Below, piece by piece: positions 1 through 12,500 of a DNA stretch of 61,649 bases. The notes under the pieces were generated by a model that worked only from the letters and a program-made list of their open reading frames with translations, had not been told where the DNA came from and made no database searches. Each line of letters opens with the position of its first letter. Position 1 is the stretch's first letter. The stretch comes from Piedraia hortae CBS 480.64 (taxonomy: Eukaryota): assembly GCA_010093745.1 (NCBI GenBank), contig MU005967.1, positions 310,001 to 371,649 of the forward strand, read 5' to 3'. The position numbers were made by a program, and so were the translations under genes.

Positions 1-1948
1 GTTGTCGGTTGTATCTTGTTGATCATAACGAGCTTGCTTTGGATAGGGGGCGTCCGTCTGTCCACTCTCTCGTTGGCGTTTTTGAGTATTGTACCCAGAA
101 AACATTGGAAAAGAACGCTAGTCGTGAGATTGGAGGGAGGAAGGTTAGACAAGGTAAGGTAAAGAGTAGAAGGGATGTGCGAATGATTTGCGGGTAGAGT
201 GCAAGGTATGGTATATAGTTCGGTGCAATGCGTTGTTGGGTTCTCCTAAGGCGAGTAACACGGGGTGACAACAAGAGCTCCATTGAGCACACGTGTTGTT
301 TATTCACTTCGCGGGCCCTGTGCACTGTTTTGTGAATGTCCTGATAGTGTTGCCATTGCAACGATCCATAGCTTCCCCTTGGAGTTCACCCAGTGGTCCA
401 AAGACAAAACATTGATGTGAACAATGCCCTGCAGTCCAGTTAATTTGGAATTGGGACCAACAATCGGTTCGCGTAAAAGTATAAACTGTCAGCATCTACA
501 CCCTCCCGAGCGCTTCCTAGGGAGCAAGAGAAGATGCTGTCAGTAAGAGAGTTCTATGTGCTCCTTCACGTCATGTGTAAAGTTGTCTTGGATTATCGTC
601 CTATATGCTCTCACGTCAATGGTCAAACAAAGATTCCAGGGCTTTGGCGCCGATCTAATTGAAGCCTTATCATGTTCACTCGTCTTTACCGGAGGAAGTA
701 ACAATGATTGGGATATAGAGTCGAACATGAATCTAGCGGACACTGAATACAGCGGATTACCCTTTGCAGCAGACTGTCAGCACCTCTAATCTGGTCTTCA
801 CGCACCTGTAAGCACCTAGCATCGGCATACCCGCCTGATGTATTCAGATTCGACCGTACATTCTTTAGCTTATGGTATTAAGCTTGTCACAAACTTCAAC
901 TCCAACAGAGGATGATCTCGATTGAAATCACTACATAGTTCACGTCATGTCCATAGTGGACGCCGTAGCCATTATCCTGATGCTTATTGCGGTTTCATGA
1001 CATTAACAGCCTGAAGATGGCGTGCAAAGGCCGCCCGTTGCTCTGCCAGGATTGTTTGGTTGTTGAACAATCATTGCGGGTTAATTTTCCGACGTGAAGT
1101 CGGAGAAATGACGTCACGGCACAGGCTGTGACTCGTGAAGCACCAAAATGTTCGTAAAATTCAGGCGGGAACATGGCAGGTTGTGATCCGAACGAAAAAC
1201 GATCGCTCCCCTGTGTGTTTCACTCAGCTCCCTTGGTACTCAAATACAATCTTGCCACTATTTGATCTTTTCCAACATTGCCAATACGAGGTAAGAAACG
1301 AGGCTGGAACAAGACTCTCATTGCCTCAATAATGCTGCAGCTTCTGATGCTATAGATTCCTGGTATTAGCGACAGGAATATTAGGTAGTATTTTGAGCAG
1401 CAGAAATTGGTACCGGCCAATGTATCGACGACTACCATCATTAGCATTACCTAATATAGATTCTTTCAGTCCTCGCCAACTCCCCCCTTTAGTTGGGATG
1501 AATCAGTAGAAATCTTCCCCACTGCGTGCACATCCCTGCACAGTTTTGATCACCACTTCAAACGCAAATAGCACCACACACAACCACTCTACATAGATAT
1601 GTACTATATTTTTCGAAAGCGCTTGCTCTAAGGTTTCATGTGGTACCATTGTTAACGGTTAGCGATTCCATCGGAAGCGGGAATGTTGCGATTTAATTTT
1701 GTAGAACACTCGCGGTAAAGGGAATTGAATACAGTCTTCTAAAAAGTACAAGAGTATTGGGAGCCAGCCCATACTTACTACGACGCCCGAAATCCAGAAA
1801 ACCTGTTTCTGGGAGACTTAAGCTTGTTTGTGTGCGACGCATGCATGACGTCATTCATCAACAAACAATTTATGCCAAAATGCGGTCTCGCACACATGAC
1901 GGCCGTACGCCCATCTCTGGGCCAAGGAGTATGAGGCACCGACCGTTA

Positions 1949-4900
1949 CAATCTTGAAGATCTTGGACTTCCTGTTCACCTTATTTGAGGTGCGCGCGAC
2001 GTCTGAGCGCGGTGGGTCGTCGATTCAAAGTTGATGAAGTCGTCACGATATCGACACGACAACTTTGAATCGACACAACAGATCGCATACTCATCGCAAA
2101 CAATCATAAGTACATGCATATGAACGCTGGCAATGCGTGGATTCCAATGATATGCATCGCAAAGATTGAATCCGTTTTTCATTGTGCCATTTTGCGAGGT
2201 TTGATCCTGCGCGAAATGGTCTCCGAAACTCGCGAAAAATTGAGCCATAAGCTTACGAAAATCTACATAAAAACCGGTGGGGTATGATCTTCAAGATATG
2301 GTCTTCTGCTTCAATCAATCAGCTAGTGTTGGAGACGTTCGAGTGTCGCGTTACACCGCTCGAAAATCGGCAAGTTAGAGCGATTTCGAGGCGGCTCCCC
2401 CACGTCCAACCGCTTGTGCGCTACATGGATGACTCTCGTCTCTCCGACACTGTAGGCAGTTCAAATACGTCAATCCTGCTACTTTTGTGCCTCTAGAATC
2501 CTTCGGAAGGCAGTTGGTGGAATGGCAACTCCTAAACCATTAGCATTAGACGCGTCCAGAGCGACCATAACATTGGGACGGGATAAATTGCCTATTCCAG
2601 GTTTGTCATACAAACAACTATATCTGTAACAGAGAATAAGGTTGCCAGGACGCGTATATACATGTAGATATTCATTTAAGCCATTCCCGCCGGTCCATGT
2701 TCTGTATAGACGGTCTGTTCTTCTTTTCCCACTCCGCATTCTCGTTCATACCGCTTCCCATCTCTTATCATCATGGACGCTGCCATTAGCGAACTGCATG
2801 CTCTGGTCGAGAATGGCACCAAGCCAAATTTCGCGGCTACCGCTAAAAAGCATCTGGTCAATCGTACAACCTCGTACAAACGGTTCCAGGGCCTTACGAC
2901 GAATCGAGACGCCGCATTGAAGGCGCGCAGGAGCCTGTCACAGGAGCAAGAGAAGGAGCTGATCAAGTACATCAGCTTCATGTGTGATTGGTGCTTGCCT
3001 CCCTCGCCAGCCATCGTGCTGAAGCTGGCGCAAAGCATCTGCCAGCAAGATCTTGGAAAAAACTGGCCCGGTCGGTTTGTGGAAAGAAACCGGAAGAACC
3101 TTGATTGTCGGTACCTAAATGATATTGACCTCTTGCGTCATAAAGCCGACACTCGCGAGAGCTACCGGGCCTACTTCGAGGTGCTGGAGAAGAAGATTCA
3201 GGAGCTAGAAATCCAACCGGAGAACGTGTACAACATGGATGAAAAGGGGTTTCCCATTGGCAAGGGCCAGGATGGTAACCGCGAGTGGGTTACTGTTATG
3301 GCCACCACTTGCGGAGACGGCAGCACGCTGCCGCCGGCTGTCATCTATGCTTCGGCCTCGGGCACCCTCCAAGACAGTTGAATGGAAGAGGTAGACGCCG
3401 GCAAGCATACGGCGTACTCTGCGGCGAGGAAGAACGGTTGGACAAACGACGAGCTAGGTTGCCACTGGCTCGTCCATATTTTTGACAAGGCGACGAGTGG
3501 CCGAGCCAGGCGTAGGTGGCTGTTGCTGTTCGTGGACAGCCACGGGTCGCACCTTAATCTCAAGTTTCTGCAGTATTACATCGCCCACAAGATTCTGGTG
3601 GCTTTTTATCCCCCCCCACGCAACCCACCGTCTTCAGCCCCTGGATGTGGGTTTGTTCTTCCCTCTGGGGAACAACTACAGCCAGAGGTTGAATAGCTTC
3701 ACAAATATGTCGCTGGGGCAAACAACGATGACGAAGAGGAGTTTCTTTGGTATCTTTTGGCCTGCCTTTGAGAAGGCCTTCACCAAGGAGAATGTACTGT
3801 CGGCATGGAGGAAAACGGGCATCTTCCCCTTCGATCCAGAATTGATCCTAAGCAAGCTGCCTGCTGCCTAACCTGTGGCGGTCCAGAGCAGTGCAAAGCT
3901 AGGCACATCCACAAGACAACTACGCTTGAAAGTGGGAATGGTCTCCCGACGGGCAGGTCCTGAAACTCGAAAGGTGCTACAGGAACTGAGCCAAAGTGCT
4001 CTGAACACAGCCGCAAGATTGACGCTGGCGGAGTATGGATGCTCCAATCTTGAGAAATCTCTGGCACTGGAGCGGAGGAAGAGGAAGCGCAAGCCCAGGT
4101 TACTGGAGCAGGTTAGGGGTATGGAAGGGTATGGAGGGGCGATATTTGTTGAAACTGGGGTCCTTCAGAAGGCTCGGGAGTTGGAGTAGCAGCAGGCAGA
4201 TGCGAAGGAGCGGGAGGAACAAGAGAAAGCGCAGAGGGCGCGTGAAAGGGAGGAGGCCAAGGCGTTGAAGGCTGCGGAGACGTTACGGAAGCGACAGGAG
4301 CGACAAGCCGCTAAAGACGCCCGTATGGCAGCAAAGGCACGGAAGAAGGCCGCAGTCGCGGCGAGGAAAGCTGCCGCCCAGCGCAAGGACGATGACGATG
4401 ACGACGACGACTACGTTGAGGAGTGGCAACCCAGGAGATCCACAAGGCAGACGATCGGTAAGAACAACTAGCTTTGTATCAATAAATAGGCAGTATTGAT
4501 GTATTCCTATCCGTCTAGCACACAAGCAATTGAACGTCGAGTTGGCGTGTCGTTGAACGAGCGATGTAGCGCGACACCTGAACGTCTCAAACACTTGATG
4601 ATTGATTTAGGCAAAAGTCCATACCTTTAAATCTATATTCAACTGCTTTTCATGTTAGTATTCAAAAGGCTATTGCTCGAAATCTTGCGGGTTTCTAGGG
4701 CCATCAACGGTCGAAACAAACCCGACTAGATAACAAGCAAAACAGAACATTAACCAAGAAAATTGCATACCATTCGAGTCTATACAATGCAAGCTATCGT
4801 ATGAAATTGCCCACGACTGTTTGCGGCAATTATACGTTGTGTTAGGTCGATTCAAAGCTGAAAACGACGTCGCGAATTCGACCCGCCAACTTTGAACGGA

Positions 4901-4969
4901 CAGAACACAGCGACCCGACCTCGCGCATGTCTGAGACAAAGTGCACTGGAAACGCGAGGCCTCAAATAG
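1949..4969 (+). mobile_element. Decayed pogo/Fot1-type (Tc1/mariner superfamily) DNA transposon with long imperfect terminal inverted repeats
   Basis: Contains a disrupted HTH-DDE transposase. ~1949-2375 aligns by eye with the reverse complement of ~4550-4969 (e.g. AGTGTTGGAGACGTTCGAGTGTCGCGTTACACCGCTCG vs AGTGTTTGAGACGTTCAGGTGTCGCGCTACATCGCTCG). TA at 1947-1948 and 4970-4971 are candidate TSDs. Exact ends are approximate. Confidence 0.8.
2773..4471 (+). pseudogene. pogo/Fot1-family transposase pseudogene (CENP-B-type HTH + DDE_1)
   Basis: Motifs LSQEQEKELIKYI, GKNWPGRFVER, YNMDEKGF, QDGNREWVT, NGWTNDELG, LLFVDSHGSH and HATHRLQPLDVG are spread over ORFs 2773-3381, 3382-3696, 3482-3871 and 3875-4189. 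In-frame stops at 3379, 3869 and 4187; frameshift at the poly-C run ~3610. Confidence 0.92.
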
Positions 4970-5240
4970 TATGTTTGTGAGCGCAAAGTATGTTAAAGAT
5001 GTTAGCTGGTGCTGTACTGGCGTCATCTCTGCAAGGGTGCCATTTGACATGAATCGCAGTGTAGCGATCGCGGAAGGGAACATGGACATACAAAACCTGA
5101 ACCATACGAATCCCTAGAACATGCGCTTTCGGAAAAGCCAACCTATAGCTATGCACCATGGTTGTGTGTGATGATATTCAAGTTTGAAGTGGTGATCAAA
5201 AGTGTGCACGCAGTGGGGGAAGACTTCTACCTTTGGCAAT

Positions 5241-6884
5241 CTATCCATCACCCGGTTTGAGCGAAACAACATACCCCAGCTGGTCCGTCCACAAATGCAT
5301 GATCGCAGCGTGTAACGCTGGAAGTGCGCCAAAGACAGCCCCTGCAATGGGAAACGTCAAAATTTCCAGCCAGCCAGCCGTAGGGAATATGGTTCGAGTG
5401 AACATACTCTCGATCTTGGCCTGCTCCATATCTTGTTGTCGCAAGCTAACACTCTGCTTGTGGTAGGTGCTAAAACGTATGAAGTAGAGGATGAAGAACG
5501 CAAAACTTATAGTTCGAAAGTAAGCGGCAATGATGAAGGCCTGTTGCACTAGCTCGGGTAGAAGTCGTGTAGGGCACAACGACGATGCCACCACAATGAG
5601 AACCATGTGCAATGGGATAAAGTGTGCCTCGACCAGGCGTAGCGATAGAATAAGAGAACGGCGGAGCTGAATTCGCTGAAGGCTGGGCTTGACAGGAGAG
5701 GCTGGCCGACTAGGAATGGGAACGAGGGCAACTTCGTTTGAAGGAAGTAGAGATGCAGGTGTGGCCCTTATTTCGAGGAGTCGTGGTTGAGCCAGTAAAG
5801 CTGCTTGGCGCACAGCGTAGCCCGTATCCAGAGACCCCCACATATGTCTCAGAGCTTGCCGGTAGCGGGCACTGAGGTTGGAGATATAGCTCGGCGCAGC
5901 CACATTGCATTGGCTTACTGGGGCATAGACTGGACGGGACTTTAGGTGGCCAGCACAAGCGAAGAAGCATTTGAGGTACATGTGCATGTCCTCGCCAATC
6001 GCACCAGGCCCGGTATCCCAGCCTCCAGCACGTTCAACTAGTATTAGTGGGAGAGAGTATACTGATGTGGGGATGCAGACATCGCTACCACAGTAGAGGC
6101 TTGAGAGACCAGCTCCAGCCCACATGAGATCAGCAGCACGGACAGGTAGTGGAACCCGATCGAGATTGCGGTCAAAAATGAGTGGTGGGACATAGATGGT
6201 TGCATCGCAGTCCTCTGGGTAGGTGTGATGCAGCCGAGCGATTTCCGAGAAGTAACGAAAGGGGATGTGACTGTCAGCATCCATTGTAGTGAATATTATG
6301 CGATTGCGGAGCTCTGGAGAAGCGTAAGCGTAATCAGAGCAGGCGCAGTTGGCCGCCCAGGCCTCATTGCTGCTTTTTCCCGCAGCCTCCCCAGGAATGT
6401 CGGCAGGATGAACCGTGATGGAGATGTGGGAAAAGCAAGAATCAAACCGGCTCGCAAGACTTTCCGCTTTAACCCGAGATTTGGCCTCTCGGGCCTCCAT
6501 GGCGAGATAGATGTGGTAGCATCGCTTTGCAAGAGGGTGAGAGGCCAAAACGGAAAGAGTGTTGGCCAAGGTCTCGATCGATTCCTGGTAGGAAGGAAGG
6601 ATGATGACAAAAACAGGTTCTTCGTAGCCACCCTCTTCATCCGGCTCTATAGTTGTTAACCGCAGAACACTCTCCAAAGCCCAGCAAAGACGTAGTGAAA
6701 ATGCGAGTGCAAAGGCATGAAGGATCAAGACATATGCTGTCAGAACCAGCTGAGAAATTCGAGCATCATTAGGCCAAGATATGGCAAGATAGAAACACAC
6801 AAATACAGCAAAGACAGTCCAAATCGGCAAGGTGCGGGTGAGGTATGGCCAAATCATCGTCGTTCCCGAGTCATGACCGGCCAC
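5241..6884 (-). CDS. Membrane glycosyltransferase family 2 protein (Glyco_trans_2_3-like), intronless
   Basis: 547-aa ORF with N- and C-terminal hydrophobic segments, GKSSN, DADS (DxD), GEDMH and QALRHMW (QxxRW-like). Confidence 0.85.
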   Translation of the reverse strand: MAGHDSGTTMIWPYLTRTLPIWTVFAVFVCFYLAISWPNDARISQLVLTAYVLILHAFALAFSLRLCWALESVLRLTTIEPDEEGGYEEPVFVIILPSYQESIETLANTLSVLASHPLAKRCYHIYLAMEAREAKSRVKAESLASRFDSCFSHISITVHPADIPGEAAGKSSNEAWAANCACSDYAYASPELRNRIIFTTMDADSHIPFRYFSEIARLHHTYPEDCDATIYVPPLIFDRNLDRVPLPVRAADLMWAGAGLSSLYCGSDVCIPTSVYSLPLILVERAGGWDTGPGAIGEDMHMYLKCFFACAGHLKSRPVYAPVSQCNVAAPSYISNLSARYRQALRHMWGSLDTGYAVRQAALLAQPRLLEIRATPASLLPSNEVALVPIPSRPASPVKPSLQRIQLRRSLILSLRLVEAHFIPLHMVLIVVASSLCPTRLLPELVQQAFIIAAYFRTISFAFFILYFIRFSTYHKQSVSLRQQDMEQAKIESMFTRTIFPTAGWLEILTFPIAGAVFGALPALHAAIMHLWTDQLGYVVSLKPGDG

Positions 6885-7789
6885 ACATGTTTAATACTAC
6901 TCCCAAGCGACAGCCTGCTGCGGCTGAGCGCTACACCGCCTGCGCAGGACTCAGCCGGTTACATAAACAGCCCAATTTCTCTGCACGTGCCGCCAACTCA
7001 ACGCTGGAGTTGGTGCCCTCCAAATGAGGGCGCGTCATCCAGCGGTATAAATTTCATGAGATAGACGACGCGTCCCAGGTTTGGTAAAGTTTCCACCTTC
7101 CCGTGCTGCAGGCTAATGAAAAGCTGCAGAGTTATGATGAAACGCTTCCAGAAGAAGACCAAACAGGAACTCTGGGTCACTCGAGAAGTAATCATATCCT
7201 AGGAATACATGTATCGGAAATACAATAATGGCATTGCTCCGCACTGTATGTAGTCCACGAGGGGACTATCGTAGCCAAGTACGTCTCAACACCCAGTGGT
7301 GTCAGGAGATTCGCTGCCACCAGTTTCGAACTTTAGAAACGCTTTTGCATCAATCAGTTAGATGTCACTTTACAGTAGTGCAGAATGGACCAGGTGCCCG
7401 AGGCGCCAAAGTTCAAGGGGCCCCGAGCAAAGTGGGCATCTTTGTGGTTTCAATAGCACATAGCATGCCGCAAGACTAGCACAGTCTGTCTTGAGATAGG
7501 ATGCCCGAGGCTTCGTAGAGTTTTCTACCTCACAGAGGAGCTTTCCCTACAATGAGGCCTCGCCCGTGTGGTCTTGGCAACAGTAAGTTTGTGGGGCATG
7601 TTCCTAGCGTTAGCTCTCCGTACGTATGCAAAGTCACATACACACAGTCAAACATCCCATCCATCTTTTTGCCAAGACTGCACGTCTTAGAACTTGCGAG
7701 AATGTGCTGTAGATATTCCAAGCATTCGACACAAGTACGAGATTATCAACCAGTCCAGAGATCTCACTGCCTTTGAGCCCGATCACATC

Positions 7790-9090
7790 CAGGACATTCG
7801 AATTTGACAAGAGGTGTATTTCCGAAGAACCTACCGTTCGGTCATTATGTTGATGAGCAGTTCTGGAAGATCTTCCAGGCCATCAATCCTGCGATGAAGC
7901 TCACGGATGCCTCGAGGATATTCGTCCTCTCAGATCCAACCAGGAATCAAGGGCTCAACTCAGACTGATGTGACCCAACATCTCCTAATATGTTTCGTTC
8001 GGTCATGTCTAATTATCAGAGACCATGGTAGCTCAAGACCTGTGGTGCATGCGAGTCGTCAAATGTCCGAGACCAACACGTCAACCACATCTACGCCAGT
8101 GTCCCTGGATACGGCGCTTTCTATATCAATGCCATGATGGTCGTCAAGGATGCATTGATAATCGGCCAATACGTCACGGATTGATTCTTCTCAATCGTGG
8201 AGATAGAGATGAACAATTGCAACGTGAACGCCATCGTAACGGACAACTTCTGCCATATAAAGAGGGCCTGGAGAATCATTCGAGCTAGGCAAACATTTCC
8301 CTCATGAGGAAGGCCAGAAAACTGATTCAGAAAAAGTAAGCCGTATCAATAGGCTACCTCACTCGTTATTGGAAACGCAAGACAATTTTTCGAGGCATCG
8401 CTCAAGGATGCGTGGTCGATTATAATGTTCTCCATTAGCTCCTCAATGCAGATAAATCGGCTCCAGATGTGCATGGAGGTAGCCGATGATAATTCTCACG
8501 TTCGTCCTCGCAGCGATGACCCGATAGGGCATGCACCTCGCAATGATCCGCTCTGTTGCCAAGGTGCATGCTGCCCTGCTGGAATGTCTGCGCACATACT
8601 TTACGGTTGCTAAACAGGCAGATGCCGAAAACCTCAAGGCCCTAAGAGCCCTGGCAGTGGACGCGACATTCTGGGATCGATTGTTGCTCGCCCTTAGAAC
8701 CTTCATGGTAGTCACCGATAACATCAATGTGACCGAATCGGATCACTGTGGTGTGCAATTTAGCGTATCAGCGTACCGACGAATCAGCAACGAGTTCCAA
8801 AAACCTGCCGACAACGCCGCCTTCGGCGAGGAAGGGAGAAGGCTCTTGCCACTCGTGGAGAGATGGTTTCGGGCGCATATGAGTCCATATCACACCACGG
8901 CTTATCTTCTGGACCCTGTGGCGGCGTACAAGCAAGGTCAAAGTGCCGTTCGTATCTGGAGATGACGCTTGGACAATGCAGGCGGATGTCCTAATTCTGC
9001 ATCTTGAGGACTGCCTCCGACATGTGGCGATCAACGAGGAGGAAAATCCTGGACGAGAACGTGACCCTCAGAGCTCTGTTGCTGCGTTAG
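7790..9090 (+). pseudogene. Degraded hAT-family transposase relic
   Basis: Fragments NLPFGHYVDEQFWKIFQAINPAMKL (~7828-7902) and FWDRLLLAL..ESD..HTTAYLLDP (ORF 8531-8965) resemble hAT/DUF659 transposase segments. Many stops and frameshifts lie between them. Confidence 0.6.
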
Positions 9091-9528
9091 AATGTGTTTA
9101 GACATGTACATTACAGATGCTAAGATCACAGAGTTGGCAAAGCCTCTAGAACTGAAAATAGGCGACCCTGCGAAATGCTGAACCGAAATGTGTAACACTC
9201 TTCATGATGGAAGAGGCTCGAAATATACTAAGTGTGCCAGTGCCGGTAAAGGGAGGTGCAATCATTGAAACAAAGCGCATTTGTTGTCGCCCGAGGTTGG
9301 AGAACATTTAATTTACACATCCATCGACCCTAATCTGCACATTTCAGAAATGTGGCTGCGGATCAAGTTGTGGGCAATCATAATGCAGCCAAAGGATGAA
9401 GTGGGAGATTGATGAGACGGGCAGATGCAATGTGGCTGCGACAAGGCTGCAACCGCAGTGCTTGTTAATCCTGCAAGGCACGCGACGACAGTGAAACTGA
9501 GTTGTTTTTTTCTATTTCCAATTAGGAC

Positions 9529-12500
9529 CTAGTCGTCTGGTGAAATAAATGTCCAGTCTTCCTCTGCCACGAGGGAGCGCGCGTATTCAAGATCTCGGTA
9601 AATAGCCTCTACCGCCCTGCCAACGCCGTCTTCCGCTCGTATCTTTTCACCCAGAATCTTTGCGCGCCTTCGCATGTTTTCGTCTCGTGTGGCCATAAAC
9701 ATAGCCTTGCCAAGGCTGGTCGCGTTGCACGTCCGCACGGCCACGCCCACCCCGAGATCTTCTACTCGCGTAGCTGAAAAGAATTGGTCTCCAAAGAAAG
9801 GGCGGACAACGGTAGGGATACCAGCTCTCAGACTGGCCCCCGTTGTGCCTGAGCCGCCGTGATGTACGGCAGCGTCCACTTGGGTAAAGAGCCAATCGTG
9901 AGGTGCTCCTTGGATGGCATGAATGTCTTTGGGCAACACAATCTCTTTTTCTTGTTTGGCCATCCGATCTGACCATCCTCGGGAAAGAATACACCTGACG
10001 CCTGCCTTGCGAACGGCCTCGATAATATCTTGTGTCAGTGACAGGGTATCGCCCAATATCACGCTGCCAAAGCCCACATAGACCACAGCCATCTTGTCCT
10101 TCCTTGCACGTGAGATGAAGTCGGTCAACTCCTTTGGGGGTTCCCACTTCACGCCTTCGTCCAGGAACCAATAGCCCGTCACCCGTACCCATGCACCAAA
10201 ATCCACGGGCGGTGTCATGACATTGGGCGAAAGGTGGTACAGGAACGGGACCCTGTCGGCCGCCATGCGCTCCACAGACGTTGGCGCCAGACCCAAGGTG
10301 TCCTGTCGCCATCGGTTGATTTGTCCGCACGTCATGCGCCAAAAGACGTATTCAAAGATTACATACGACATGTAATTGTACTGTCCACCCTTACGCCGTG
10401 CCGGCACGGCAAAGGCGTGAGGGTAGGCGCGCGTGCGGGTCCACGGCATGCTGAAGGAGCGAAAGTAAGGTATTCGCAATGCCTCGGCGATGTGGATGCC
10501 TGCCATGGCCGACGGGCTCTCGATGAGCAAGTCCGTCTTTTGACATGCCCGCCATGCGCTGGCTAGCAGTCCGTCCAGCCAGCCACGAAAGTTGCGGTTT
10601 GTCTCGTAAACAAAGCTCGGGGTAAACATGCCCTTTTCCACGCACATTTGCATGAGCACACTGGGGTCACCTTCAACTGACGCGAAGTCGATGCCGTGCT
10701 TACGCACCCAAGGTTCAAATTCTGCGTGAGTTGCTATTCGCACTCGGTGGCCATCGGCCGCCAGCCTCTTGCACAGCGCAATGTACGGCTGCACATCTCC
10801 GCGAGTGCCTATGGTAAGACAGGTGATGCGTAAGCTCTTTTCAGGCCGAATGTCTATTATTGAAGCTTCGGTGTCGTCAAATACGGGTCCGTCCACTTCG
10901 TCGTCTTTCTGCGTGCGCATCTTACGCAACAGCTCATACTCTGCTGCGGCCTCTGTGTTTTCGATTACCAGCTGCGGCCTCTCAAGAGCCCACGCTGCCG
11001 TGGACACACAGTCATCCCGGTGTTCTCGCGAACCAAAGTCAAAGAAAACCTCTTCACGCCCACGCAGCACCACCAGCATACCAGAGTATCCTAGACGCCA
11101 TCCTCGCTCTGTTGTGACGTTGATGAGGCTATCTAGAGGCACTTTCATCTTGGTTTTAACGCCGTATATCAGGCTTCTGAAGCAAAAGTGTTTGGTCCCA
11201 ATGTAGATCTTGCCGTATATTGGCACCACGCGATGCAGCCAGCAGAAGAAGACTGCCCGGAGCTGCTCCGTCACGTCCAAGCCAAAGTGGTCTCTGAAGC
11301 TCTGCTCAGCTTCTACGTCATCCCCGTTGTAGTGACGCCGTCCGCCAGACATGGCACCGGCAAATTTCTGGATATATTCCTTGGGGCTGCTGCTCAGATA
11401 TGATAAAGCAGCCTTGCTGGTAATGCGCCCGCAGATGAGCCGTGCTTGCTGCAGACGACTTAGCCTGGCCACTTCTCCTTGTTGTAGTTGTTCGACCGAT
11501 GATCGTGATTGGTCTCGCGGACGCTCTGACGAGTCGGACTTTCTTGGAAGCGATCGCTCCGACGAGCCAGAGTCTCTCTGCCGCGGCCGCTCAAAGCTGC
11601 TGCGGCCACGATGAAGTTCTCTGCTCGAACGAGCCGGACTGACGCGGCGAGAGCTGTTGGACCGTCGTGGATTGGCTTTGAGCGTCGTAGTGGCCCTGAC
11701 TGCGTCGTTGCTGGGCAATCGGTTGTCGCTGAGGTTCTTCAACAGCTGTAGCACCTCAGGGCCCGCTTTGAAGCCGCTGAAGAAATACTCATCGACGGCG
11801 TATGTTTCGTCGTTTTCGATGACTTTGAGCTTTATGGTGTCAATCTTGTCCATGAGCATTGCCTGTCCATCAATATCCAAGATGTTGACAGTTGGAATCA
11901 CAAGCTTGACGGCGTCCCCATCGTTGTGTGAGCGGAACAAGGCCTTTTGCAAGCGACGCACCCAATCCTCGGCGCTGGCTGCGTTGTCGGCCTTGAAGTG
12001 ATAAACCCGGGTATCCGTCTCTATACGGAACTGCTTCGTTGGCTTTTCTCCATAGAGCTCGGCGCTGATACCCGTTCGTAAGTCAATGATGCCGCGAGGG
12101 AAATACTGATCGGTGTCGTTGTTGTAGTAGGATAACACGTCTCCTTTGAGGGAGAACCAGCTGCGGCGGAATCGCGGGTTTTGACGGCCCTGCTTGGATA
12201 ACCAGCCAGTCTTGATGTTGCCGTCCTCCTTCTTGGGGGTATAAGCATAGAAACAGATGTGACGGCGTGTAATGTACATGAAGCCATCAACCGGTACCAT
12301 TTGCATCAGCCAGCACGTGTACTCTACGATCACATCCTCAGCCTCGTCAAAGTCGAAGATGTTGGCCACGGCCGACCGAAGATCGATCGTGGGCGTGTTC
12401 ATGGCACGCGCCTGCGCCTCCAGTTTCCGGTCCAGCAACGGCATCAGTCGCTCCTGCACCTCACCCCCTTCATCATCACTGTCACTCATGTTACCTAATG

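Noticed and set aside
1..1940. Short ORFs at the left end
   Set aside because: No recognisable domains or consistent splice structure; probably intergenic or decayed repeat DNA.
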